Below are positions 40,953 through 50,290 of a DNA stretch of 64,000 nucleotides, in pieces. The stretch covers positions 5,353-69,352 of the forward strand of contig JAKLDJ010000005.1 in NCBI GenBank assembly GCA_022703585.1, read 5' to 3'. The first letter of the stretch is position 1; each line of letters opens with the position of its first letter. The stretch is from Candidatus Omnitrophota bacterium (GTDB lineage Bacteria; Omnitrophota; Gorgyraeia; Zapsychrales; JAKLDJ01). The translations under genes and the position numbers were made by a program. The notes below the pieces were generated by a model, which was not told the DNA's origin, searched no databases, and was given only the letters and a program-made list of their open reading frames with translations.

Positions 40953-41480
40953 TCAAGACGGATTGAACCCGATCTTTCCTTTCGGCCTATCAGGTTCTTT
41001 AAATTTCTCGAGAAGTTCTTTTATCGCAGCAAACACAATCTGAAACTTCCCGTCGTATTTCTTTTCCATGTCCTCAATTTTCTGCCTTAAATCTTTATGC
41101 GTCGCCATAATCTCACGCAACTTAGTAAAAGTCCTCATAATGGCAATGTTCACCTGAATCGCCCGTTCGCTGTTTAAGACGCTTGAAAGCATAGCCACAC
41201 CTTGCTCGGTAAATGCATACGGCAGATATCTTCTTCCGCCCCATCTTGAGGTCGCATTTTGCGACCTCAAACTCAAAAGCATCGAAAACTCATCCTCAGT
41301 CAATTGAAACATAAAATCATCAGGAAATCTTTTAACATTTCGTCTTACCTGTTCATTTAATCTTTTGGTTGAAACACCATAAAGGCCGGCCAAATCCTTA
41401 TCTAGCATAACTTTCATTCCTCGCACCATAAAAATCTTTTGTTCAATCACCTCAACCGCAATAACTTTACTCATTTCCAC
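40953..41480 (-). CDS. ORF6N domain protein (KilA-N-related, phage antirepressor-like)
   Basis: 175 aa. It matches the ORF6N family consensus closely: IFMVRGMKVMLDKDLAGLYGVSTKRLNEQVRRNVKRFPDDFMFQLT...SRWGGRRYLPYAFTEQGVAMLSSVLNSERAIQVNIAIMRTF. Confidence 0.85.
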   Translation of the reverse strand: MEMSKVIAVEVIEQKIFMVRGMKVMLDKDLAGLYGVSTKRLNEQVRRNVKRFPDDFMFQLTEDEFSMLLSLRSQNATSRWGGRRYLPYAFTEQGVAMLSSVLNSERAIQVNIAIMRTFTKLREIMATHKDLRQKIEDMEKKYDGKFQIVFAAIKELLEKFKEPDRPKGKIGFNPS

Positions 41481-41580
41481 TTCCTTTCCGATATATCTGT
41501 ACAGTTGGAAAGGGTCAGAATTGACCAGTGGAGAAATTTAACGGCCCGCTTGCGCAAAAACGCTTTAGCGTTTTTGCACC

Positions 41581-41814
41581 TTACAACATCCTGTTCTCTT
41601 TTAAAACCTTTTCAACTTCCAGGATCGCCTCTTTCAATTCTGCCAAGTGAGTAATGTTCATGGAAACACCCTTGGCAGTAGGAACCATTTCAGTGGCCCC
41701 TTGGGTCATCGTCCAGGTGCGGATATCGACGAGGTCATTGCCCTTAAACTCGCGAATCCCGACCCGGATCTCCTGGAATTTGTTTTTTTGAAACGTTTTA
41801 ATGGTTTTGTCCAT
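41581..41814 (-). CDS. PC4/YdbC-like ssDNA-binding protein
   Basis: 77 aa; KFQEIRVGIREFKGNDLVDIRTWTM resembles the bacterial PC4-like (YdbC) core. Confidence 0.55.
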   Translation of the reverse strand: MDKTIKTFQKNKFQEIRVGIREFKGNDLVDIRTWTMTQGATEMVPTAKGVSMNITHLAELKEAILEVEKVLKENRML

Positions 41815-41936
41815 ACCTCTCCTCCTATTGACCTATCCTGACGATACAAAACTTTCAAATACGCTGCGCATCTATTTTTTCGACTGCCTGAAGCAATCGG
41901 ATAAAATCAATAAGAAGATTAAACAATTCTCGTTTA

Positions 41937-42329
41937 TTACAATTTCCGGATAATACTTGCCAAAATCGATTCAGCCAATTGAGTATTGGGCAGCATATTT
42001 TTCCGCGCCGAGACTTTAATATCAACAGTGCGATCAGTCAGCCGGGAAATCTTTATCTGAACCGTGGAGCCTTCCACCGTCGCCCTTATCTCGCCTATCT
42101 TTTGAAACGATTTATCGATTGTGCCGAATTTTTTAAGCTGATCATTCGCCACGGCCCAGGCGCGCTGAAAACTCGTGTCAATAGACGTGGTAGCAAAATC
42201 CTGTGATACCACAATCGCGCCACCCACGGCCGCGCCGCCGATCAATGCCGCAACACAGCCGCCCATCGAGAAAATCAACACAACAAAAGAGAGATAGACA
42301 AAAAAATATTTTTTGACGGCTCGTATCAT
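41937..42329 (-). CDS. Hypothetical lipoprotein (DUF3568-like)
   Basis: 130 aa; signal peptide with a lipobox-like FSMGGC. Confidence 0.45.
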   Translation of the reverse strand: MIRAVKKYFFVYLSFVVLIFSMGGCVAALIGGAAVGGAIVVSQDFATTSIDTSFQRAWAVANDQLKKFGTIDKSFQKIGEIRATVEGSTVQIKISRLTDRTVDIKVSARKNMLPNTQLAESILASIIRKL

Positions 42330-42339
42330 AAATTCCCAT

Positions 42340-42460
42340 TAAGTATCGGGTTTTTTGGGTTATTGAGTTCATTGAGTTCATTGAGTTGGGCCGTTCAACC
42401 CTAAACCCAAAAACCCTAGAAACCCAATAAACCCAAAGAACCCAACAAGCTCAATAAACC
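42340..42460. repeat. Short dispersed repeats of the AACCCAATAAAC/TCAAT family, both orientations
   Basis: GGGTTATTGAGTTCATTGAGTTCATTGAGTTGGG ... AACCCTAAACCCAAAAACCCTAGAAACCCAATAAACCCAAAGAACCCAACAAGCTCAATAAACCC. Confidence 0.8.
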
Positions 42461-43234
42461 CTATTTCGCCATTTTCTGATCATAATCAATAACCGGCTTT
42501 GTCCAAGGCGTTTGCTGATTAATCACCGCCAATTCCAGCGGACAAGAATTAGCCGGCACGGAAAGCGCGAACATCACCATATCGGCAACCGTCTCGGGAG
42601 ACATCAAACGTTCTTTTTGTTCCTGGGTAATATTCGCCAAGTGGTCAGTTAAGTCGCTGTCGACCACGCCGGGAAGGATCGAGGTAATCTTGATCCCCCG
42701 GTCGCGCATTTCCCAGAAAAGCCCTTTTAAAAATGCCCTCAATCCCACCTTAAGCGAACTATAGGTTAAAAATGTTTTCGGCAGCGGATCACATAACGTC
42801 GAACCAGAAACCATATTAATAATCGCCCCTTCTTTTCGCTCGATCATGTGGTTGATAACCAAACGAATCAGGCGCACATAGCCCAAATAATTGGTGTGGG
42901 CGAGTTTTTCGATATCCTCCAGCGGCTGTTTTTCAAACGGGTATTGACTGGAAACACCGGCATTATTAATAAGGATATCAATATTCTTAAATTCCTTGAT
43001 CGCCGTATCAACCAGATTCTTTAAATCATCTAACTTGCTGACATCGGTCGGAACGCCGATGACTTTAACTTTATACTTTGAAGAAAGTTCTTTTGCGGTT
43101 TCATCCAAAGTTTCTTTGGTGCGCGCCGCCAAAACCAGATTAACCCCGGCCTGTGCCAAGCGTACCGCCACCGCCTTGCCTATCCCGCGACTGGCGCCGG
43201 TAATAATTGCGCATTTTCCTTTGAGATTTGACAT
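42461..43234 (-). CDS. SDR family oxidoreductase (FabG-like ketoreductase)
   Basis: 257 aa; it has TGASRGIGKAVAV, NNAG and YSSLKVGLRAF (YxxxK). Confidence 0.8.
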   Translation of the reverse strand: MSNLKGKCAIITGASRGIGKAVAVRLAQAGVNLVLAARTKETLDETAKELSSKYKVKVIGVPTDVSKLDDLKNLVDTAIKEFKNIDILINNAGVSSQYPFEKQPLEDIEKLAHTNYLGYVRLIRLVINHMIERKEGAIINMVSGSTLCDPLPKTFLTYSSLKVGLRAFLKGLFWEMRDRGIKITSILPGVVDSDLTDHLANITQEQKERLMSPETVADMVMFALSVPANSCPLELAVINQQTPWTKPVIDYDQKMAK

Positions 43235-43256
43235 GCATAACTCCTTTGATTTAAAT

Positions 43257-44396
43257 TTACGTTTCTTCCGGAATAATTTTCTTTAAGAACAACGCTAAAA
43301 CCAGCATTAAAATTCCGATCACCAAAAACGTGATCCCAAAACTCTTTTCAACAAATACCCCGCTAATAAAAACGCCGATCCCTCCAGCGACAAACCGCAA
43401 ACTTGAATTTAAACTCGCCAGCTCGGAGCGGTATTGTTCGGGAAAATCGGTCAGCACGGTTGAAATCCCGTTATGCCCAATACTCCAACCGGCCGCGAAT
43501 ACGACAAAAATAACGGCGACCGCCTTGGCCGGAAGCATTGCCGATAACGCAATCGTGGCCGCCGCTAGCATCACGATTCCGGCCTGGCAAGACTTAATAC
43601 GTCCCTTTTTGTCTGTCAAATAACCGCCCACATTCTGCCCCACGGCACCGCTAACAGCAATTAAAGCAAATAATAAGCTAATAGTCAACTGATTAAAATG
43701 ATACATCCTGGACAGAAAAACCCCCAGCCAGCGGTCCACGCTATGATATAGTAGACTTATTATTAATATAAAGATAAATATATGTAGAATCTTCCTTTCC
43801 TTAAAAAGAATTGAATAATCTACATTTCCTTGCACCCTTCCTAAATAATCACCCCTGTCAATAAAAAGACATCCCGCGGCTACCAGCCCAATCAAGGATG
43901 GAACCAAAAAGAGCCACCGCCAAGAGGCAAAACCGCTTAGAATGATCCCGCTTAAGGCCGCGACAAAGCTAAAGCTAAAGAATAGCCCTACCACCCGGCC
44001 CCGGACGTGGTTTTCATATAATTTTCCGATTAAAATAAGTCCCAAAGGAACCACCCCTGCCCCGGCGATACCCGTAATAATGCGTAGTATCAAGATCGGC
44101 TCAATGGCATTTGCTTTGGCGCACAGAAAATTTGCCAACGAGAATACGACCATACTCGTCACCATGATCGTTTTAATGGAAAATCGTTTTGCCAGAGGCG
44201 CATAAAGGAGGGCACCCAGGCCGTAAGGAATCATGTAAAAGGGGATGATTTTTGAGGCGACGAGATCGAGAATGCCCAAGTCGTTGCTGATGGATGGAAT
44301 GGTGGCGGTTAACGCCGAGACATTAAAGGAAATAGCCGCGTTTTGCAGGCAGAGAAGAAAAAGGATAAATTTTTTGTGGTTGATTTTGAACCTCAC
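43257..44396 (-). CDS. MFS transporter
   Basis: 379 aa with ~12 predicted TM helices and an MFS-like loop motif. Confidence 0.7.
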   Translation of the reverse strand: MRFKINHKKFILFLLCLQNAAISFNVSALTATIPSISNDLGILDLVASKIIPFYMIPYGLGALLYAPLAKRFSIKTIMVTSMVVFSLANFLCAKANAIEPILILRIITGIAGAGVVPLGLILIGKLYENHVRGRVVGLFFSFSFVAALSGIILSGFASWRWLFLVPSLIGLVAAGCLFIDRGDYLGRVQGNVDYSILFKERKILHIFIFILIISLLYHSVDRWLGVFLSRMYHFNQLTISLLFALIAVSGAVGQNVGGYLTDKKGRIKSCQAGIVMLAAATIALSAMLPAKAVAVIFVVFAAGWSIGHNGISTVLTDFPEQYRSELASLNSSLRFVAGGIGVFISGVFVEKSFGITFLVIGILMLVLALFLKKIIPEET

Positions 44397-44483
44397 TGAA
44401 AGCTATCAGTCGTCAGTCTTCAGCTTTCAGCAACTATCAGCTGAAGGCTGCTGAAAGCTGACGGCTGATAGCTGAGAGCCAAG
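44393..44483. repeat. Palindromic intergenic repeat of the GCTTTCAGC/GCTGAAAGC family
   Basis: TGAAAGCTATCAGTCGTCAGTCTTCAGCTTTCAGCAACTATCAGCTGAAGGCTGCTGAAAGCTGACGGCTGATAGCTGAGAGC. Confidence 0.8.
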
Positions 44484-44487
44484 GAAG

Positions 44488-44940
44488 TTATTTCTTTGCG
44501 GCCAAACCCGCTTCTTTTTCAATCACTTCCTTAAAGATCTGCATATTCTTTGTGGAATGTTGATTAACAAACCCCTCCACTTTCTCGTCGTTAAATTTGG
44601 CCTTGGGGTCCATGGCAAAATCCTGAATCCAGACCATCTCAACACCGTCGGGAGTTTCATTATAAAGCCAGATGATTTTCATATACTTAAACGGAAACAT
44701 CGGCTCCCAGCGTGAAGCGTAAGCAAATTTCAAATCCTTGTACAGCCAGCGCTTGGAAACCCATGATTTATTCTCGTCGTCGGTTAAGCGAAATGTGATT
44801 TCGTTCCCCTTCTTTTCCAAAACTTCGGCTTTGACATATTCCTTGCCGAAGAGCGAACTCCATCTCGGAATGTCATTCGAAATATCAAAAACTAAGCTGT
44901 ACGGAGCGTTGATAGTAATAACGTTTCTGGTGTGGCCCAT
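44488..44940 (-). CDS. SRPBCC superfamily protein (polyketide cyclase/dehydrase-like)
   Basis: 150 aa with a Bet v1-like profile (N-terminal beta strands, long C-terminal helix). The family assignment rests on overall pattern only. Confidence 0.5.
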   Translation of the reverse strand: MGHTRNVITINAPYSLVFDISNDIPRWSSLFGKEYVKAEVLEKKGNEITFRLTDDENKSWVSKRWLYKDLKFAYASRWEPMFPFKYMKIIWLYNETPDGVEMVWIQDFAMDPKAKFNDEKVEGFVNQHSTKNMQIFKEVIEKEAGLAAKK

Positions 44941-44961
44941 TTTTTATCCTTTCTTTGTAAA

Positions 44962-45882
44962 TTATAGTTTCTTATGCCGCCAAATCAAAAAGACTCCAAT
45001 CGCAGAAAAAGCCGCGAGCCCGACGATAAGCCAAAAAGAGGCACCCGACAGCTCCTGCTCCAAGGGCAATTTTACATTCATGGAAAAAACGCTGATAATC
45101 AAGGTGGGAAGCATGATGCAAATCATGACCAGGGTCAATTTCTTGATCAAGATATTCAGATTATTACTGACGACAGATACCCAGGCATCCATCATGCTGG
45201 AAAGAACCTGTGAATGCGTATTGGCCTGCTCGTAACACTGGCTGTTCTCGATAGCGACATCATCCAAGTATTCTATGTCTTCGGGATTAAAATTGAATTT
45301 GGCCACATTGGCTTTGATTTTTTCAATCACTTTTGAGTTGGAGCTGATCGATTTCAAGTAATAAACCAGGCTCTTCTCGAGATTAAACATGTTATGCAAA
45401 TGTTTATTTTCCATGGAGGTATTGATCTTTTCTTCCAACTCATCCGAAATCGCCTGGATAACCCTCAAATGTTCCTCAAAATGCGAAATGCAGCGGTGAA
45501 TAACTTTTAACAGGATATTTTGAATCGACCGGACTTTGATAAATTGCCGTCCGTCAAAGATAGGGGCATCCTCGGCTAAAAGAATAATCAATTTATCCGG
45601 GAAAATAAACAGGCCCATCGAAGATATCTTGAGTAAAAAATTGTCGTCGGAGCAATAACGTTTGGGCTGTTTGATAATGAGCATGGTATGCCCTTCGTCA
45701 AATTCCATCCGTCCGATCTCGTTCGGGTCCAAAGCCGAGGTGATATTGTACTGGTCGATTTTTAGCTCTTCGATCAGATATTTTTTTTCTCCTTCATCAG
45801 GAGCGATATACACCAGCACAGGGCATTCGCTTGAATCATTTTCTACAAGTTTACCGTCGATCAATTTAAACTTTTTTAACAT
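44962..45882 (-). CDS. CorA-like divalent cation transporter
   Basis: 306 aa. It has a cytoplasmic N-domain and two C-terminal TM helices with a GMN-like motif (FSMNVKLP). Confidence 0.65.
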   Translation of the reverse strand: MLKKFKLIDGKLVENDSSECPVLVYIAPDEGEKKYLIEELKIDQYNITSALDPNEIGRMEFDEGHTMLIIKQPKRYCSDDNFLLKISSMGLFIFPDKLIILLAEDAPIFDGRQFIKVRSIQNILLKVIHRCISHFEEHLRVIQAISDELEEKINTSMENKHLHNMFNLEKSLVYYLKSISSNSKVIEKIKANVAKFNFNPEDIEYLDDVAIENSQCYEQANTHSQVLSSMMDAWVSVVSNNLNILIKKLTLVMICIMLPTLIISVFSMNVKLPLEQELSGASFWLIVGLAAFSAIGVFLIWRHKKL

Positions 45883-45962
45883 GGCGCCCTCTTTTTTCGG
45901 ATTACCTTAAAAAAATTCTCAATTCTTTAAATTCTAGAAACAAATTCTGCAAACACCTTTCC

Positions 45963-46766
45963 TTATTCTACCATGGCAACGACTCTGGTCCAGCCCGCCC
46001 CAGCGTTTCTTACCTTCACGGGAAAGCAACTTACGGTAAATCCGTAATCCTTGGGGATCGCGCCTAAATTTCCCATGCGCTCCATATGGCAATATTCCCG
46101 TCGCCGGCCCAAGAAATGCGAAGGCCATATCTTCGACTTATCTTTCGTGCTTAAAAATTCTTTAAACATATTAAAGCATGGGCGGTCAAGGCCGATGGTA
46201 TCGATCCCCATCATCTTCACGCCCTGGTCTAAAATATATTCTACCGCATCCGGCATCATCCCGACATACTTATTGACATAATCATCCGTTCCTAGCAATT
46301 TGTCCCCATTGGTCCAGATGAGCACGATGTCCATCGGTTTTATTTTGTAATTAATTTTCTTAAGGGCCTCCTCGACCTGCTTTTTGTCGATAACATCCGG
46401 ATATTTTAGGTGGGTAAAATCAAGCCGCACGCCGTTACCGTAGCACCACTCCAGCGGTACATCCATAATCTGTTTGGCGGGCTTGCCCTCGCATTTACTT
46501 CCGTAATGAAACGGGGCATCCACGTGAGTGCCCATGTGCACCGAGGCATTAACAATTTCGAGAGAGAGCATTTCTCCGTCGGGAATCTCGCTGGATTTGG
46601 CCACACGTTCGCCCTTGTCAAATTTTTCCTGGCCCTGGGGCTGTTTACTCATCACCACCCAGTTAAAGTGCTCTACCCCTTCCTGGTGGCTGATGCGGTC
46701 GATCTTTGCGGCATGGGTTTCCAGAAGCGTGTCGTCAATGGGAAGACTGAGGTCGATGATTTTCAT
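45963..46766 (-). CDS. Putative cyclase family protein (kynurenine formamidase-like, PF04199-like)
   Basis: 267 aa; HMGTHVDAPFHY matches the HxGTHxDxPxH metal-binding signature of the family. Confidence 0.65.
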   Translation of the reverse strand: MKIIDLSLPIDDTLLETHAAKIDRISHQEGVEHFNWVVMSKQPQGQEKFDKGERVAKSSEIPDGEMLSLEIVNASVHMGTHVDAPFHYGSKCEGKPAKQIMDVPLEWCYGNGVRLDFTHLKYPDVIDKKQVEEALKKINYKIKPMDIVLIWTNGDKLLGTDDYVNKYVGMMPDAVEYILDQGVKMMGIDTIGLDRPCFNMFKEFLSTKDKSKIWPSHFLGRRREYCHMERMGNLGAIPKDYGFTVSCFPVKVRNAGAGWTRVVAMVE

Positions 46767-46851
46767 TTTGAGCTTTCAGCTTTCAGCTCTCAGCTTTCAG
46801 CAGCTGTCAGCTAATGCTTTTGCTGGCTGCTGAAGGCTGCTGACTGACAGC
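46767..46851. repeat. Palindromic intergenic repeat of the GCTTTCAGC/GCTGAAAGC family
   Basis: GAGCTTTCAGCTTTCAGCTCTCAGCTTTCAGCAGCTGTCAGCTAATGCTTTTGCTGGCTGCTGAAGGCTGCTGACTGACAGC. Confidence 0.8.
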
Positions 46852-47088
46852 TTAATTTACCCCTTTCGCTTTTAAAATGCTAATAATCTCATTAAACGTA
46901 TGCGTCTTTTTAACCTCGTTGTCGGCCAGCGGGATACCAAACTCTTTCTTGAGCCCGACGGAAATCTCCACCATTTCAGTCGAGTCAATCCCCAGCGCCT
47001 GGTCGAGCTTGACGTCCGGCTTTATCTCATTGGGGTTAACATCCAGGACTTTCTTAAAAATGCCTTTTGCTCTATCTTCAACACTCAT
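46852..47088 (-). CDS. Acyl carrier protein
   Basis: 78 aa; LGIDSTEMVE is the phosphopantetheine-attachment motif (DS(L/T)). Confidence 0.8.
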   Translation of the reverse strand: MSVEDRAKGIFKKVLDVNPNEIKPDVKLDQALGIDSTEMVEISVGLKKEFGIPLADNEVKKTHTFNEIISILKAKGVN

Positions 47089-47112
47089 CTATAAACCTCC
47101 TTTTAAAATATT

Positions 47113-48345
47113 TTATGGCTTCTCAACAATTAATGCGCAGTTAATCCCTCCGCGGCCTCGGGAGATAATCAGCGCTTTTTTAATTTCCTTAGCCTGCGCC
47201 TTATTCGGACAGTAATCGAGATCACATTCCGGGTCAGACGTCGAATAGTTGATCGTCGGCGGAACCAGGCTGTTTTCCATCGCCAGAATCGTGGTAATAA
47301 GATCCAGCGCGCCGGAAGCCCCCAGAAGATTTCCAAACATCGATTTAGGCGCCGAGACGGGAATTTTTTTGGCATGACTGTTAAACGCCAGCTTGATCCC
47401 CTTAGTCTCGGTCGTGTCCCCAATCTTTGTTCCTGCCCCGTCCGCACAAATGTAATCAATTTCAGAAGGGCTTACTCCCGCATCATCAAGGGCTATCTTA
47501 ATGGCACGGCCCAGCTCTTTGCCGTCGGAAGCCGGTTCAATGTGGTCCACGCCGTCGGTGGTCGTGCCGTAGCCGATAATATTAGCGTACACACGGGCAT
47601 TTTTTTGTTTAACCCGTTCGCGCGACTCTAAGATCAAAATACCCGCCCCTTCACCGATCGCAAATCCGTCGCGGGTTTTATCAAAAGGCCGATAGGCGCT
47701 TTGGGGTAAATGATTGCGCTTGGTCAGCATCCCTGAGGTATTGCAGCACAAAAGCGCATACGGCGACACCGGAGCCTCCATGCCTCCGGCTAAAATAAAA
47801 TCATTCTTGCCGTGATTAAGATTTTTTGCGGCATAGGCAATCGCCATTAAAGAACTTGCCCGGTCGGAAACAACGGTCTTGCTGTAACCCTTGATACCGT
47901 ACTGAATCGAAATTTGCCCCTGCGGCGCCGCCGGAAACCAGGCTGAAGCCATAAATGGACTCACCCCTTCACGGCCCTCCAAATACATATCACGCAGTTC
48001 GGTTTCGGCATACAGCCAGCCGCCGATCGCGTTACCCGCAAAGATCCCGACGCGCTTTAAATCTTCCTTGGTCATATCAAGCTTGGCATCTTGAATCGCC
48101 ATTTCGGAAGCCACCAGCGCCATATGCGAAAAAAGGTCGATCTTCTTTAAAAGTCTCGATGAGACCTGGCTGTAAACTTCCAGCTCCTTGACCTGACCGG
48201 CAATATGCGACGGATAAAGCGATGACTCAAACCGATCGATATTGCTCACCATTGAGTGCCCGGATTTGATATTGGCCCAAAAGACCCTTTTGTCAATACC
48301 GCTCGGGGACACAACCCCCAAACCTGTAATCGCTATTTTTTCCAT
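47113..48345 (-). CDS. Chain-length-factor-like beta-ketoacyl synthase paralogue (KS-beta) with all three catalytic residues substituted
   Basis: It has the KAS fold throughout. The Cys position reads SDRASSL (no Cys). The His positions read CADGAGTKIGD (His to Asp) and FGNLLGASGA (His to Asn). The likely start is Met 48345 (MEKIAITGLGVV), preceded by RBS AAGGAAGG. The ORF-track start at 48429 would overlap the upstream KS by 73 nt. Confidence 0.7.
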   Translation of the reverse strand: MEKIAITGLGVVSPSGIDKRVFWANIKSGHSMVSNIDRFESSLYPSHIAGQVKELEVYSQVSSRLLKKIDLFSHMALVASEMAIQDAKLDMTKEDLKRVGIFAGNAIGGWLYAETELRDMYLEGREGVSPFMASAWFPAAPQGQISIQYGIKGYSKTVVSDRASSLMAIAYAAKNLNHGKNDFILAGGMEAPVSPYALLCCNTSGMLTKRNHLPQSAYRPFDKTRDGFAIGEGAGILILESRERVKQKNARVYANIIGYGTTTDGVDHIEPASDGKELGRAIKIALDDAGVSPSEIDYICADGAGTKIGDTTETKGIKLAFNSHAKKIPVSAPKSMFGNLLGASGALDLITTILAMENSLVPPTINYSTSDPECDLDYCPNKAQAKEIKKALIISRGRGGINCALIVEKP

Positions 48346-48356
48346 TTGCCTTCCTT

Positions 48357-49616
48357 TTATTTTTCGAACCTTCTTAGAACCATCGACGAATGCACGCCGG
48401 AAAAACCGCTTGAGGTCTTCAGCATGCAATTGATTTTCTTGTTTCTCGCCTTATTGGGAATATAATCCAAGTCGCACTCGGGATCGGGAAATTCCTGATT
48501 GATTGTCGGAGGCAATATATTGCGCTCGAAAATAAGAGCGCAAACCGCCAGCTCCACCCCATTAGCCGCCGCCAAGGGGTGGCCAATCATTGATTTTAGA
48601 GAACTAATCGGAATCTTGTAGGCGTATTCCCCGAGCGCTTGTTTATAGGCATTGGTTTCAAAGACATCGTTTTGCCGCGTCGAAGAACCGTGGGCATTAA
48701 TATAATCAAGGTCTTCGGGTTTAACATTCGCGTCTTTAAGAGCGAGCAAAATCGAGTCACGCATGGCATCGCCTTCGGATGGCAAATCCGTCATATGAAA
48801 GGCATTGCAGGTCGTACCGAATCCTAAAACCTCACAATAGATCCGTGCCCCGCGGTTTAACGCATGCTGGAGTTCTTCCAAGATTAGAATCCCGCAGCCC
48901 TCGGACGCCACAAAACCGTTTCTCTTGGCATCAAACGGCCTCGAGGCCTTTTCCGGCATATCATTGTGCACCGATAAAACGTTGACCACATCAAAAGCCC
49001 CCAGCGTAATCGGAGTAATCGGCGCTTCACTGGCCCCCGCGATCATAACATCGGCGTCCCCGTCCTGGATTGCTTCTAATGAAAACCCAACCGCATCCGT
49101 TCCGGCGGTGCAACCGGTTGAAATCGTATTACAAACACCCTTTAAGCCATACTTAGCGGAAATTTCGCTTGACGGCGTATTAAACATCGCGGCATCGTAG
49201 AGATCCGGCCTTACGCCCTTAGGGTCAATGGGTAATTTGCCGCTGTCCGTCACCAAAGCAAATTCTTCTTCCATGTATTTCGTTCCGCAAATTGCGTTGG
49301 CTAATGAAATACCCATTCGCTCTTTGTTCACTTTTGATAAATCCAATTTTGCATCCTCCAGTGCCTCGCGTGCCGCCACCATGGCAAACTGGACATAGCG
49401 ATCCATACGGACGACCTCGTCGGAATTAAGCCCCGATTTAAACGGGTCGAAATCCCTGACCTGGGCGGCAATTTTTGTATTAAACATCGAGACATCAAAT
49501 TCGGTCACCCGTTTAACGCCCGAGACACCGTTGATCATCCCCTTCCAGCAGGCCTCGTTTCCGACGCCATTAGGGGAAATAAGCCCTACCCCTGTTACCA
49601 CCACTCTTCTTTTCAT
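48357..49616 (-). CDS. Beta-ketoacyl-ACP synthase (active KS-alpha-like)
   Basis: 419 aa with catalytic Cys (ISTGCTAGTDA) and both His (NAHGSSTRQND; IGHPLAAANG). Confidence 0.85.
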   Translation of the reverse strand: MKRRVVVTGVGLISPNGVGNEACWKGMINGVSGVKRVTEFDVSMFNTKIAAQVRDFDPFKSGLNSDEVVRMDRYVQFAMVAAREALEDAKLDLSKVNKERMGISLANAICGTKYMEEEFALVTDSGKLPIDPKGVRPDLYDAAMFNTPSSEISAKYGLKGVCNTISTGCTAGTDAVGFSLEAIQDGDADVMIAGASEAPITPITLGAFDVVNVLSVHNDMPEKASRPFDAKRNGFVASEGCGILILEELQHALNRGARIYCEVLGFGTTCNAFHMTDLPSEGDAMRDSILLALKDANVKPEDLDYINAHGSSTRQNDVFETNAYKQALGEYAYKIPISSLKSMIGHPLAAANGVELAVCALIFERNILPPTINQEFPDPECDLDYIPNKARNKKINCMLKTSSGFSGVHSSMVLRRFEK

Positions 49617-50279
49617 TTATTTTCTCCGTTTCAGTTTCTTTGCTTTAGAAATCTTTGATTTTGCACCGACCGCTTTTTTATTTTTTTGCGCCCCCAAAAC
49701 TCCTTCGAGGCGTTCGAGCTTAAACCGGTTTCCCCCCATGGGACAGGTAAGCGTATTGATCTGATTTTGCGGATTCATATGTTTATAATTGGCGCCATGA
49801 TACAAGGCATACACCGCCGGAAACATCATGGCATAGGCCGTGGCACAAAAGTTCGCAGGTGTTTTTAATCCGTCGATCTCGAAGGTTTGCCCCAGTTTGT
49901 AACCGCAGGTGCAACCCTTTCCCATAACCTCATAGATGCTGGCCCGCAATTTTGGCTTCTTGTTTTTATCCGCCTGATTCTTTTTCGTTACTACCACATT
50001 GCCGTCTGCATTCAAAAGCTCGACCAAGAACTTCATCTTGGCGTGATCCGGACAGGTCACGATCGCGGACGAGGCATTCTCTAAATCGTTAAATTGCGCC
50101 CCAAAGGTTAGCGCGTACAAGGTGGGAAAGACATTCTGCGCGATTCCTAAACAAAAATGTTTGGGGGCATGGGTAAAATCATCCAGAATAAATTGCTGCC
50201 CGACAAAATAGTCGTGGTAGCAATAACCGCTATTCTCGACGATTGTTAGCCTTAATTTTGGAAATATACCTGGGGCCAT
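49617..50279 (-). CDS. Tandem-duplicated TIGR04076-like domain protein
   Basis: 220 aa with two homologous halves. The first is KLRLTIVENSGYCYHDYFVGQQFILDD...CLGIAQNVFPTLYALTFGAQF. The second is KLRASIYEVMGKGCTCGYKLGQTFEIDGL...FCATAYAMMFPAVYALYHGANY. The family call is from memory of the TIGR04076 pattern and is tentative. Confidence 0.45.
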   Translation of the reverse strand: MAPGIFPKLRLTIVENSGYCYHDYFVGQQFILDDFTHAPKHFCLGIAQNVFPTLYALTFGAQFNDLENASSAIVTCPDHAKMKFLVELLNADGNVVVTKKNQADKNKKPKLRASIYEVMGKGCTCGYKLGQTFEIDGLKTPANFCATAYAMMFPAVYALYHGANYKHMNPQNQINTLTCPMGGNRFKLERLEGVLGAQKNKKAVGAKSKISKAKKLKRRK

Positions 50280-50290
50280 TTTTCTTCCTC

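Noticed and set aside
40953-41814. Prophage region (ORF6N antirepressor-like gene plus PC4-like gene)
   Set aside because: Only two small phage-associated-type genes are present. There are no integrase, capsid, terminase or att-like repeats, so this is probably a stand-alone regulatory pair.
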